Below are positions 11,037 through 23,394 of a stretch of DNA of 64,000 nt, piece after piece; position 1 is the first letter of the stretch; each line of letters begins with the position of its first letter. The stretch is taken from contig NC_058368.1 of assembly GCF_018350175.1 (NCBI RefSeq), positions 101,868,001 through 101,932,000 on the forward strand, read 5' to 3'. The notes beneath the pieces were generated by a model, which was not told the DNA's origin, searched no databases, and saw only the letters and a program-made list of their open reading frames with translations. The DNA comes from Felis catus (taxonomy: Eukaryota). The position numbers were made by a program, and so were the translations under genes.

Positions 11037-12589
11037 AATACCGTATTTTGGCTAGATAGCTGGTTAAGATTCCAACCAAACCAGTCCCGTTTTATAATCA
11101 CTATATATCCAAAATTGTGATAAAGAAAAGAAGGTAGGGAGGGGGAATCTGGCCAAAGAGCAGTTGTTGGGCGTAACTTTCAAATTTCTTTCAGTTTGCC
11201 ATCAGCCAACTCTCTATTCCTGGTGAAATGACAGGGATCTTGCAACTCATCGGTCCCTGGAAGCCATCAAGGAACCTCCACTCTCACTCCTTTCTATAGC
11301 CAACTGGCCAAGACATTTGTGCAACAGACTCCCTAGCGTTCTAATTCCAGATGCTTCTCTGAAATCAACGTTGATTTTGCCAGTGACATTTTTATCGGGA
11401 AATGGAGCAAATGAAAACACTTCTTATCACCAAGTGCCAATCAATTAATACAGCGATGGTCAGACAGGAAAACTAACAGAGCTGGTGGGCTGGTTTTTTT
11501 TTTTTTTTCTTACTGTATTTTCCCAATTCTTTTTAAACTTACTGGCTGACCAGAGATACTGTGCCTTTTTTTTTTCTTTGCAAAATTTTATTCCCTTCCA
11601 TCAGCCCGCTGCAATTTAATTGGGCTGCTTTTCCACCTTCCGTATCCTATTCACTCGCTCCACAGGCACCTGCCTCCTCTCCTGCAGAAAGGAAGATGGG
11701 TGAAGATTTCTTTGAAGTCATTTCAGCTCCCACGAGAGAGTACACGCTACCTCATTATATATATAAAAAAAAATCACCGTAGTACAACCACAGACACGGC
11801 CAAGCATGTTCACCACAACACCGAGGGCTCCTGGCCTTATCTGGGCTCTTTAAAATCCTGTTTTATTTAATGAATAGACGACACCAGCAGGAGAGATGCC
11901 AATAATCCTGATATTTAGCTATCCTCTTCAATGGCCAAAGGCATCATCCAAGGGTTCATTCTGGGGGCACTGTCTCTTAGCGGGACACCCTGCAATGGTA
12001 AGGATCACGCTGTCTTGCCTGAGCAGAGACCACCAGATTGACGTATACGACAGCCGATTCAACAAGTCCATTTTGGTAACAAAAATGGACCTCCCATCTC
12101 AACATATTCGAGAATGGATCGTAACGTCCTCACTACACGGTGTTCACTTCAATGGCTCAATCCCAATGAATCACACTTCCCGCCACATAACTGCCCCCAG
12201 AACAGACATTATGTGTGAGAACACATCAATGCTGAACCCTCAACCCAACTCAATTCTATCACCAACTCCTCTCTACTGTATGTCTGAGACAGCTCTGCAA
12301 TGTATAATTTTCTCTTTAATGCCACACCATCCTTGTCTGAAATTCCACCATTTCTAACACTCGTTCTGGTGCACTGACCATCTACTTTCCACGAAGAAGC
12401 TGGAATTATCACTGAACAATGCAACTCTAATCAGGGCACACAGTATTCACACTCCACTCACACACAAAGCATTTGATCTAGCAGCGATTTTCCTCTGTTG
12501 TTATGATCAAGGCTAAAATCCACAACATATTATTCACAGCTCTCATGATCAGCCACACACATCTTTCTCTTCCTCCTCTCCTTCCAACA

Positions 12590-12925
12590 CGCCACTCCCA
12601 TTGCTGCCACAGGACCTTTGCACATGCTGTAACCTTGCTGAGTAATCAGCAGCCTCACCTTCGAGGTCTCAGCTAAGTGAGCTTTTTTCAGGGAAGCCTT
12701 CTCCATGCTCTCAGGTTAAATCACATGAGTTTCTTATACCCCCCCCCCCATTTTTTCCCTCAGACTACTGATCTGAGTTTGTACTTCCCCTTTTTGTATC
12801 AACAGGGGGATTTCTGAATTACTATTTTTCTCTCCCATCAGACTGTCAACTCCAGGAGAGTGAGAACTGTGACGTTTAGGAACCACTCTATCCCAGTGTC
12901 GTGAGATGCACTCTAAGAAAACTTT
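12590..12925 (+). mobile_element. LINE-2 3' fragment
   Basis: 'caggacctttgcacatgctg...tcagggaagccttctcc...agactgtcaactccaggag'. Confidence 0.65.
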
Positions 12926-12992
12926 TCTAGAAACAAAGAAAATGATGTTAGACATTCCAAGACTCTATGATAATACTCACAGAAATGCAACT

Positions 12993-13121
12993 AGGGGCAC
13001 CTGGGTGGCTCAGTCGGTTGAACGTCTGACTTCAGCTCAGGTCATGTTCTCCCGACTCGTGAGTTCGAGTCCCGAGTCAGGCTCTGTGCTGACAGCTCAG
13101 AGTCTGGAGCCTGCTTCAGAC

Positions 13122-13169
<48 letters not shown>

Positions 13170-13233
13170 CCTCCCCCACTCTGATGCATGCTCTCTCTCT
13201 CTCTTTCAAAAGTAAACATTAAAAAAAAAAAAA
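12993..13233 (+). mobile_element. CAN-SINE
   Basis: Head ggggcacctgggtggctcagtcgg, CT tract, A tail, TSD agaaatgcaac. Confidence 0.95.
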
Positions 13234-13249
13234 AGAAATGCAACCAGGC

Positions 13250-14900
13250 TCATGAGTTCTAAGGCATATCCTAGATATTAGATATTAATGATAAAGAAAA
13301 GAAATCCTCCGGACCTCCAAGTGAAACAACTAAGTTCCTTAAAAACAAACAAGCAAACAAAAATGAAGTTGGCATCAGGCTCTTCAACAATCATCAACCA
13401 TGACCGTGGAGAGCACCATTTTAAGGAAACTCCGAAAACAAAGCGTGAGCCAGGAATTTCACATCCAGCGGAGCTCTGCCTCACACAATAAGGCTACAAA
13501 CAATGGGAACCTGTTAACACCAGGGAACGCTGTCCTCAGGAACAATTCCTAAGGACCTGTGAAGGCACAGCTTGAAACCACTGGAAAAGCCAGAGTGAAC
13601 TGGAGCAAAAGGGCGACTAGGAAGCATTAAGTATGTTTAATGACAGCCTGACGGTTAAAGGAAACAGGAGAGGTCAAGGTGGAGAAACGGTGCATAAAGG
13701 TGACAGATTCTGACCCAGTAGACATAATTCAACACCAAAAAAAAAAAAAAAAAAAAACCGAAAGGAGAAAGAAACACGAAGAGACGTTAGAGCAGCTCAC
13801 GAATTATCAAACAGGTGGAAGTCTGTCAAAACAAACAGTAGGTACCTAAATAAAGGAAAGAGAACTAAGGGTAGCATACAAATAATTAACATCCATATAA
13901 TCAGAGGCACAAAAAAAAATCCCAATTCTTCCTAATACATAAGGGCGCTCTGGAAAAAGCAGCAAAGAAAATAGAGCACAGAGAAAGAGAAAAGCGGTAA
14001 ATATAGCTTCTTAGGATTAAGCTGGGACCAAATGTATCGTTCAAATAAGGTAGATATATGTTGTTCAAAATAAGTATGCATTAGCACTTTAATATCAGAG
14101 AAAGATCTTCTACTTGACTTCTCCCTGGTCACTCTGGGATGCTGGGGAAAGCAGAAGGAGCCAGATCAATAAGCGTGCCAGCGTGCACACGCCTCAGTAC
14201 TTTCCCCACAAGCTGGGCCCCATGCAGGGACGCTGCCACTGTCATGGTAACCACTGATCTTCGAAACTAGACCACAGACCTCACTTCCAATTTCCTAAGG
14301 CAGGGCATGGGTTGGTAGGTGTGATTCATTTAGCTCTGCCTTGTCTTAGCATTTTCAGTATCTGTCCCAACACTAATTTTCATAATCAGCTGGAGTTGAG
14401 GCTTCAAAGAGGACTCCCTTCCCTGCAAGACACAAACAGTCTCCACTCGGGGTTCTTCTAACTTTATTCTAAGCTGCGGCATGAATTGCCAGGTTGAGAT
14501 CAGAACTCGGCTTTCCTCACTCTCAGGGGATGAAGAGATGGTGAAGAACTCCGGGGCTCTGCTCCCAGCTTGTAGCTCACAGATATACAGTAAGGCACCT
14601 AATAGCGTGTGTGTATATACATATGACCATATATGACACATTACAGAAACAATATGACATGGGCTTATCTTAACCTAAAAAACTGAGATGCACACCACCA
14701 ACTCAACACAACAAAACGTGGGCGAAAAAATAAAAGAAAAAGACACCACAGACAGCAATTCTGAGGGCAGACGAGGCAGAATTCAGACCAAAAAGCAGCG
14801 AATTTGACAGACATCTTTATAATGCTAAGAACCAGCTCACGAAGAAGATTTAACTATTACAAATACATGAAGCAAATGAAAAAATGGCACCAATACTATG
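13250..14900 (+). mobile_element. Ancient L1 or HAL1-like fragments including an ORF1 remnant
   Basis: ORF 13288-13491 'KMKLASGSS...EPGISHPAELC' resembles the L1 ORF1p C-terminal pattern (RLxxDFS...PRIxYPAKL); A-rich decayed L1-like sequence downstream; boundaries uncertain. Confidence 0.5.
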
Positions 14901-14986
14901 GATTTTAAAACACTTCCCCCCCCCTTCTTTCCCTCCATATCAAGCTTCTAAAGGATCCTTCTCCCCACCCCCCCTCCCAAATAAAT

Positions 14987-15122
14987 CAGTGGTTCTCAGC
15001 TTTTATTGGGCATCGCCATCACCTAGAAACTTCAGAGGCACTGATGCTACCTATGTGTGCCATGTGGAGATACTGAGTCAGTCTGGGATATAGCTGGGCC
15101 TTAAGAATCAGAAGTTTGCCAG
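14987..15122. mobile_element. MER5-like hAT-Charlie DNA transposon fragment
   Basis: Starts 'cagtggttctca', followed by 'catcacctagaaactt...actgatgc...gagatactgagtcagtctggga'. Confidence 0.55.
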
Positions 15123-15129
15123 CTATCTC

Positions 15130-15391
15130 TTTTTAATTCTTTTTATGTTTATTTATTTTTGAGAGAGACCAACAGAGAGAGAGAGGGAGGAGGGGTAGGG
15201 AGAGACACACACACACACACAAAGCATGAGCAGGGGAGGGGCAGAGAGAGAAGGAGACACAGGATCCGAAGCAGGCTCCAGGCTCTGAGCTGTCAACACA
15301 GAGCCGGACGCGGGGCTCGAACTCACGGACCGTGAGATCATGCCCTGAGCCGAAGTTGGACGCTTAACCGACTGAGCCGCCCAGGCACCCC
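15130..15391 (-). mobile_element. CAN-SINE
   Basis: Antisense SINE ending 'gactgagccgcccaggcacccc'. Confidence 0.95.
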
Positions 15392-15591
15392 TAGATCTTC
15401 GTGTACATTTAAGCATGCAGAAACCTTGGGGGTATGTTTACTGGGACTGCATTAAAATGATGTATTAGGAATTTTTAAAATTTGATCTAGTTGCTCTTGT
15501 GCATATATTTTCAATGTAGAGAAATAGTTTTACTACATCTATTTCAGGGGTTTTCAATCCGCTAAGCACATTAGAAATACCTGGCAAACGT

Positions 15592-15812
15592 AGGGCACCT
15601 GGGTGGCTCAGGCGGTTAAGCATCCACCTCTTGATTTGGGCTCAGCTCGTTATCTCCTGGTTTGTGGGTTCGAGCCCTGAGTTGGGCTCTGCGCTAACAG
15701 TGCGAAGCCTGCTTGGGATTCTCTCTCTTCCTCTCCCTCTGCTCCTCCCCTACTAGTGTGCACTCTCTCTCCCCCTCAAAATAAATTAATTAGCTGAAAA
15801 AAATAAAAAAAA
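15592..15812 (+). mobile_element. CAN-SINE (older subfamily)
   Basis: 'gggcacctgggtggctcaggcggttaagcatcc...gcctgcttgggattctctctc'. Confidence 0.9.
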
Positions 15813-16026
15813 GATCTATTTATTTGTAATGATGCTCAAGACAGAAAAAGGGAAAGAGAAGAAAAAAAAAAAAGAAGGGGGAAGCTCTTCTTGAAGAATG
15901 CCAGTTATGGACTGAGGAAAAAGTGACACAGTAAACACCATCATTTACATGTCCCCAAATAAGAAATGATTCAGACAAAGGATCACCAATAAATGTTGCA
16001 ATGAAACAGATTCAATTTTAGGAGGA

Positions 16027-16565
16027 GTATTGGGTTTCCAATGCTTTTGTAACGGATTACCAAAAATTCAGGAGCTTAAACCAAGATGAATTTGTTAACT
16101 TACAGTTTGGTAGATTAGAAGTCAGATGTGGACCCACTGTGCTAAAATCAGGGTATCGACAGGCTTGCGTTCCTTTCTGGAAGCCCTACAGGTCAAAGTT
16201 TCCTGGCCATGGCCAGCTTCCAGAAGATGCTGCATTCTTGGGCGTGCTGTTCCCTTTTTCTACCTTCAAAGCAAGCATATTTCATACCTCCAATCATCCT
16301 ACCTGAAACACATCTCTTGCCGACTTCGCCCCCGCCCTACCATCTTCCTCTTTTAAAAACGCTTGTGATTACACACTGCACTCACCTGCATAGTCCCGGC
16401 TAACTTCCCTATAATCAGGTCAGCTGGTTAACAACCTTAATTCCACCTGCCACCTTCATTCCCCTTCCCTGTCCTCTAACCTAACAGATGCACAAATCTC
16501 AGGGATTAGGGCAAGGACATCTTTAGGGATGTGGGGATGGGGGTGGTCTTCTGCTGTCTACCACG
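16027..16565 (-). mobile_element. MLT1-type (ERVL-MaLR) solo LTR
   Basis: 'gtaacggattaccaaaaattcaggagcttaaacc...ttacagtt...agaagtc...gctaaaatcagggtatcgacagg...ttagggcaaggacatcttt...tctaccac'. Confidence 0.75.
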
Positions 16566-16795
16566 GTAGGGGAGAAATCTGCCTGCTCGCAAGGCTTTCA
16601 ACCTCAGATTGCTAGTGATTCTTAAAAAGGAATGAAAAGTCCCTTTACCACACAGAGCCCTTACCTAAGGGCTCAAACACAGCGTCATCAGTAATGGGAG
16701 AAATGCGCCTCTGGATATAAAGCGATAGGAAGACCCTTAACTCACCCATGTAACATTTTTGTTGAACACATGTGATCTTAATTAAAACATGACGA

Positions 16796-17016
16796 GGGGC
16801 GCCTGGGTGGCTCAGTCGGTTGGGCGTCCGACTTCAGCCCAGGTCATGATCTCGATGTCTGTGAGTTCGAGCCCCGCGTCAGGGTCTGTGCTGACAGCTC
16901 GGAGCCTGGAGCCCGTTTCAGATTCTGTGTCTCCTTCTCTCTCTGCCCCTCCCCCACTTGTGCTCTCTCTCTCTCTTTCTCTTTCTCAAAAAATAAATGT
17001 AAAAAATTTTTTTTTT
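16796..17016 (+). mobile_element. Felid CAN-SINE
   Basis: Complete SINE; TSD aattaaa(a/g)catgacga. Confidence 0.95.
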
Positions 17017-17255
17017 AATTAAAGCATGACGAAAGAAATCCACAAATTCAGTTTGTGACACGTTCTAACTACAACTGGCCTGGATTCTTCAAAAACTTTC
17101 AACGCCATGAAAGAAAAAAGCGGCAAGGGAGCCGTTCAAGATTAAAAGGATCCCAAAGAGATGTGACAGCAAAATGCCATGAGCTACCCTCGATGGGATC
17201 CTGAATGGAAGAGGAAAATCAGCAAAAGGGCATTTCTAGAGAATTAGAGAATTTC

Positions 17256-17478
17256 TTTTTTTTTTTTTTCAACGTTTATTTATTTTTTTGGGACAGAGAG
17301 AGACAGAGCATGAACGGGGGGGGGGGGGGCAGAGAGAGAGGGAGACACAGAATTGGAAACAGGCTCCAGGCTCTGAGCCATCAGCCCAGAGCCCAATGCG
17401 GGGCTCGAACCCATGGACCGTGAGATCGTGACCTGGCTGAAGTCGGACGCTTAACCGACTGTGCCACCCAGGCTCCCT
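17256..17478 (-). mobile_element. Young felid SINE (SINEC_Fc-like)
   Basis: Antisense complete SINE; TSD gagaattagagaatttc on both sides. Confidence 0.95.
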
Positions 17479-18057
17479 GAGAATTAGAGAATTTCAAACC
17501 TGATCTGTTTGACAAGCAGAATTTATTTATCCATATTAAATGTTTACATACGACCATGATATTGTGGGTATGTGAGACAACGCCCTTGCTCTGAAGAGTC
17601 GGCATGTAGGGGTGAGATACCATGGTGCCTTCTGTGTGCTTTCCGACAGTTCAGCAGGAAGAAAGGGAGGTGCATACAGTGTGTGTGGGAAGGTATGTAG
17701 AGAAAAATAGCGAAAGTGAGTATGATAAAAATAGCAACGTTTGGTGAAACTAACCAAAAGGTTCCAGTTTTTTGCTTATTCTTGCCATGTGCATGGTCAG
17801 TATCACCAGAGGGCATCAATGATCTCCTCAGTGGTCTTGAATATTTGACCAAACACTGAAGTCTCAATCTGCTAAAGAGCTGACATTTTTCCTTCTACGT
17901 ATTGGTGAATTATTTGTCTGTGAATTAGATGTCTGTCTATGGACAGATTTTTGAACTTGGCTTAAATGCTTCACAACTTAGACTTGAATTATCTGGCTAC
18001 CACGAACTTCTGTAGTTAGAAACCTTTCTCTCTATCCTTCTCTCAAGACTTCACTGA

Positions 18058-18275
18058 GGGGCGCTTGGGTGGCTCAATCAGTTGAGCGTCCAACTTCGGA
18101 TGAGGCCATGATCTCACAGTTCATGAGTTCAGGCCCCACATCAGGCTCACTGCAGTCAGCTTGGACGCACTCTGGATCTTCTGTCCCCTTCTCTCTACCC
18201 CTCCGCCCCTTGCGCTCACTCTCTCTCTCTCCCTCCCAAAAATAAATAAAACATGAAAAAATATATTAAGAAAAA
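18058..18275 (+). mobile_element. CAN-SINE
   Basis: Head ggggcgcttgggtggctcaatcagttgag, CT tract, aaataaataaa tail. Confidence 0.9.
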
Positions 18276-20252
18276 TATTTCAGTGAAGTTTTGCTCCCTT
18301 AATAAGTAGATGGTTAAACTGGATACAGCAAGAGAGTGTCTGTCTTTCCGACCTAAGGAGATACCTTCTTTCCTCTGCCCAGCTGAAGAAAAAAAAAGGG
18401 CAATTTCTCTCCTGGGTCCAAATGGATGTATTTGATGAACTGTTTGTTTGTAAACCACGTTCCATAACAGAAAAGATTGTTGTTTGACCTAAAAGACTTC
18501 TACCACATTTTAGACATTTCACACGTCAGATGTACACCACGGAGATTTTTCTAAGTCGTACTTTCACACGTCCTTCAGAATGGAAACCTTTCAAACCCAC
18601 TCCATACTATTTTGAGAGTGTAACTTTGATTTCTCAACAGCAGACATGTGGATAAGCAGACGGGACATGATACAGGAAGCGTGTCCCCTTACAAAGCCAA
18701 CACAAATGTTTAAAAAGCTATTCTCTCTAACATGTATGGCTATTTTTTTTTCCTCACAGAAGTTTCCTTATGATTCTAGCATGGTATCACCTGATGAGTG
18801 ACACATCTCCTTACTATTCCAGATGATACGCAACTGGGTTTGGGAGAACTCTATCAAGATGCCCTTAAGTCATAAAAGCGTACTTTGCAGGAGAACAGGA
18901 GGGAGGTGCTTCAGTAAGCTGAAGATCAAAGATGTTGCTATCCCCATGGCCAATGAGAATGAAAACTTGATTTTAGTGCAGCAGGGTTTGGGGAGAAGAA
19001 ATGATTTCTTGCTGATGAAAGAAACCTGGAAATAGAGCAAGGAAGCTGTGGACCCATCTCCCTTCCTCCACGGTTCATGTATTTCTCCGGCAGCCAATGG
19101 GACCTTCTTTCAACTGGTCTTTTAAAATTTAAAACCTTTCCTTCAATTCACCATTTTTTCTCTTCTCAACGGCTGGCCCCTTATCTGTGCCCTTAGAAGA
19201 GAAACATGCTGGCCTGCCCCCCTACAGACAAGCCCTGAGAGGCAGGTGCGTGCCATTTCTTATTCTCAGTTGCCCTTGTTCTGATATGAGCCACTTCGCA
19301 TTAGACTATTTTTCTTCCTCATTATTTTCCCATTCATGCTTTGTGAAAGCCAGCAACAGGACTGCAGAATCAAAATGCTCACAGCAGCCACCACCAGAAG
19401 CTGTGTGGTATCGAATTTGAGACAGACTGTTGACTAGCCATTTGCTTTGTACTGTAGAGGTTACTGGCTCGTGAGTGAAATTGAGACAGTTCCACATCTC
19501 TTGATCATACACCTCCCGGGGTATTCCTGAATTTCGGAAGCAAAATGCTGAGTTAATCTCAGCACATACTGTTAAAGGAAGGTGGAAGCGGGACCGGGAA
19601 CCTAGACTGACCATACCCCAGTCCTAAACCAGGGGATCAGCGCCTCCATCCCAGTAGACCTTCTGGGGTGACCTGAGAGAGGAAACGCTCACATAGAGTC
19701 AACACTCAGTCTTGAGGCTTCCAGTGAAGTCCCAGTTTGTGTTAACTAATGTACTCGTCACACTATTTGATATTTAATTCACACTCAAGGATGGTTATCA
19801 GGCCAGGAGAGGTAGAGTTTAGATGTGAAGATATCCCACTTTGTATTCTCTCTCACAACCAATGGAGGGTGTAGCCTAAGGAGCCGTTCCTTTTGAAAGT
19901 TTCAAGAATTCCCACAACTACACAAAGATCACGTGAGGATGCCCTGAAGAGCTCAGCAAAGCCCAAAGCCAGTATCGCACAGCCCATGCGAAACAGATGG
20001 ATGGATATACATGTATATATCAGAACAGAGAACTCAGTAAGCATGGGACTGAACACGGTTATGCCCTCAAACCTCCCTATAAAAATGGGGGAGCAAGCTA
20101 AGAATTGATGATTATTTTCTAGGACTTAATTCTGCATGTAAACACTCCCAGTCGACAGACTACAGATTTTGACACATAACGTGAATCGCTACAGGAAAAG
20201 GACTTCCTTTTTTGTGTAATTTTTCTTGAATGCTTTAAGTTTTCCAAAAGGT

Positions 20253-20460
20253 GGGAGATCTGGGTGGCTCAGTCAGTTAAGTGGCCGACTTTAGGCCATG
20301 GTCTCGTGGTCTGAGTTGGAGCCCCGTGCGGGCTCTGTGCTGAAACCTCAGAATCTGGGACCTGCTTGGGATTCTGTGTCTCCCTCCCTCGTTGCCCCTC
20401 CCTCGCGCACACTCCTTCTCTCCTTCAAAAATAAACAAACATTAAAGTAAAATTTTTAAA
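20253..20460 (+). mobile_element. CAN-SINE
   Basis: Diverged SINE head 'gggagatctgggtggctcagtcagttaag' and tail. Confidence 0.9.
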
Positions 20461-20772
20461 TATTCAAAAGGGAATGGCATAGAGACAAAGAAGCCATGAA
20501 GCTAAATGCAGTCATATAAATATTTCCAACTGCATATTAATATACACATGGATTTTATACGCTCTTATATATGCTTTTCCCTATTTCCCTATTCCTCATT
20601 TTTTCCCAGCATTCTCTCCTACCTCCACCCCAAGTAAACAATGTGTCAAAGAGGACAAAGAGTTTTGGCTAGAGTATTCTTTCATAAAATAGACTTAAAC
20701 TCTTTAAAACTTTATTTTTTTAAATTTTCCATTCGAGTATAATTAACATACCATGTTGTTTTAGTTTCAGGT

Positions 20773-22163
20773 ATGGCATTGGCACAAAAACAGACACATA
20801 GACCAATGGAATAGAATACAGATCCCAGAATTGGACCCACAAATGTATGGCCAACTAATCTTTGACAAAGCAGGAAAGAGTATCCAGTGGAAAAAAAGAC
20901 AGTCTCTGTAACAAATGGTGCTGGGAAAAGTGGACAGGAACATCTAGAAGAACGAAACTAGACCACTTTCTTACACCATACACGAAAATAAACTCAAAAT
21001 GGATGAAAAACCTAATTGTGAGACAGGAAACCATCAAAACCCTACAGGAGAAACAAGTAACAATCTCTTTGACCTCAGCCACAACAATTTCTGACTCGAC
21101 ACATCTCCAAAGGCAAGGGACTTAAAAGCAAAAGTGAACTGCTGGGGCCTGATCAAGATAAAAAGCTTCTGCATTACAAAGGAAACAATCAACAAAACTA
21201 AAAGGCAACTGACGAAATGGGAAAAGATATTTGCAAATGACGTATCAGATAAAGGACTAGTATCCAAAATCTATAAAAAACTCACCAAACTCCACACCCG
21301 AAAAACAAATAATCCAGTGAAGAAATGGGCAGAAGACATGAATAGACAGTTTTCTAAAGAAGACACCCAGATGGCCAACAGGCACATGAAAAGATGCTCA
21401 ACATCACTCCTCATCAGGGAAATACAAATCAAAACCACACTGAGATACCACCTCATGCCAGTCAGAGTGGCTAAAATGGATAAATCAGGAGACTATAGAT
21501 GCTGGCGAGGATGTGGAGAAACGGGAACCCTCCTGCACTGTTGGTGGGAATGCAAACTGGTGCAGCCGCTCTGGAAAACAGTGTGGAGGTTCCTCAAAAA
21601 ATTAAAACTAGATCTACCCTATGACCCAGCAACAGCACTGCAAGGAATTTACCCAAGGGATACAGGAATGCTGATGCATAGGGGCACGTGTACCCCAATG
21701 TTTATAGCAGAGCTTTCAACAACAGCCAAATGATGGATAGAGCCTAAATGTCTAACAACTGACAAATGGGTAAAGAAGATGTGGTTTATATATACAATGC
21801 AATACTACTGGGCAATGAGAAAGGATAAAATATGGCCATTTGCAGCAATGTAGATGAAGTGGAGGGTATTACGCTAAGTGAAATAAGTCAATCAGAGAAA
21901 GACAGATACCATGTTTTCACTCATATATGGACCTTGAGAAACTTAACAGAAGACCATGGGGGAAGGGAAGGGGGAAAATAGTTATAAACAGAAAGGGAGG
22001 CAAACCATAAGAGACTCTTAAATACAGAGAACTGAGGGTTGATGGGGGGAGGGGCAGGGGAGAGGGGAAAGTGAGTGATGGGCAATGAGGAGGGCACTTG
22101 TTGGGATGAGCACTGAGTGTTGCAGGGAAAACAATTTGACAATAAATTATGTCTATAAAAAAA
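20773..22163 (+). mobile_element. 5'-truncated felid LINE-1 (about 1.4 kb; ORF2p C-terminus and 3'UTR)
   Basis: ORF 21134-21733 encodes the L1 ORF2p C-terminal region (IKIKSFC...[26 protein letters not shown] zinc knuckle); G-rich 3'UTR; short A tail. Confidence 0.95.
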
Positions 22164-22169
22164 GAGACA

Positions 22170-22506
22170 GTATTCAGGTGTTTAATATAGTGATTCAACA
22201 ATTCTACACATTACTCAGTGTTCATCGTGATAAGTGTTCTCTTCATCCCCTTCACCTGTTTTCCCCAACTCCTCACCCACCTCCCCTCTGTCAACTGCCA
22301 ATTTGTTTTCTACATTTAAGAGTCTGGGTTTTTTTTTGGTTTTTGTTTCTTTTTTAATGTGTTTGTTTTGGTTTTTACATTCCACTTATTAGTGAAATCA
22401 TATGGTATTTGTCTTCTTTTGACTTATTCCACTTAGCATCATACCCTCTGGGTCCATTCGTGTTCTTGCAGATGGCAAGATCTTGTTCTTTTTTATGGCT
22501 GAGTAA
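22170..22506 (-). mobile_element. Older LINE-1 3' end, antisense; continues at 20715-20772 and is split by the young L1
   Basis: 'ttcaggtgtttaatatagtgattcaacaattctacacattactcagtg...agtgaaatcatatggtatttgtctt'. Confidence 0.8.
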
Positions 22507-22586
22507 CATGTTGAAGCAAATTGTGCCATCATAATTGAAGACTCCGTGGTTCTCAGCTTATTCTAAAGCGAACAGCTTGGATTAAA

Positions 22587-22606
22587 CTGGCCACCTGCTG
22601 GTAACT
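22587..22606 (-). promoter_or_regulatory. Candidate CTCF-binding motif
   Basis: Minus strand gttaCCAGCAGGTGGCCAg is close to the CCASYAGRKGGCRS core; motif match only. Confidence 0.35.
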
Positions 22607-22729
22607 CCACTAATTCATGGGTCCACCTTTATTCTTCCTTGCCTCACTCCACCATGATTACTTCTATGAAATATAATAGCAGCTAAAACATAGGACTCCA
22701 TATTAAAGACTTAATCAGTGAAAGTGTTT

Positions 22730-22902
22730 ATTATTATTAATTATTATTATTTTAGAGAAAGAGCAGGAGTGGGGGAGAGGGTCAGGGGAAACAGAGAGAG
22801 AATCTTAAGAAGGCTCCATGCTCTGTGCAGAGCCCAATGTGGGGCTCAATCCAATGACCCTGGCATCATGACTTGAGCTGAAATCAAGAATTGAACGCCC
22901 CA
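22730..22902 (-). mobile_element. Older CAN-SINE, interrupted near its head
   Basis: 'gagaatcttaagaaggctccatgctctgtgcagagcccaatgtggggctcaatcc...gagctgaaatcaagaattgaacgccc'. Confidence 0.85.
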
Positions 22903-23114
22903 GGGGCGCAGTCAGTTTACTGTCCAGCTTCAGCTCAGGTCATGATCTCACAGTTTGTGGGTTCGAGCCCCCCATCGGGCTCTGTGCTGACAGCTTAGAG
23001 CCTGGAACCTGCTTTGAATTCTGTGTCTCCCTCTCTCTCTGCTCCTGCCCCGCTCATGCTCTCTCTCTCTCTCTCCTTCAAAAATAAATAAGAACAAAAA
23101 CAAACAAACAAAAA
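22903..23114 (+). mobile_element. CAN-SINE inserted in opposite orientation into the older SINE
   Basis: SINE with a deletion in its head; imperfect TSD tgaa(c/t)gcccca. Confidence 0.9.
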
Positions 23115-23394
23115 AGACCTGAATGCCCCAATCAGGGCAAGCATTTTGAGTATCTCCTTTAGAGAAAGGGTGATGTGAGCCTCTTGAAAAAGTTGGAAAC
23201 ACTGAAATTCAGAATGCACTTTTTGGAGAGAGGAAATGAGAACACCTTGTGTTCATGAAATGATGCTTCCTTCTTTTGTTTTCGTGTGAGGCTGATAATG
23301 ACAGTCCTACATCCTACTTCCGAGAAGTCAGCCGTTGGGATGAACAAGGCAATTAGGAACAGGGTTGGTGTCGCTCCTTCACTTTAATAGATGC

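Larger units (their letters stand above)
16600..17790 (+). mobile_element. Ancient L1ME-type 3'UTR interrupted by two SINEs
   Basis: 'aactggcctggattcttcaaaaac...gttcaagattaaaagga...aaagagatgtgacagcaaaatgc...gatgggatcctgaa'. Confidence 0.6.

Noticed and set aside
19195..19250. Possible plus-strand micro-exon (cccttag ... CAG|gtgcgt)
   Set aside because: Isolated, unrecognisable peptide, no partner exons.
21134..21733. 199-aa ORF
   Set aside because: L1 ORF2p C-terminus, not a cellular gene.
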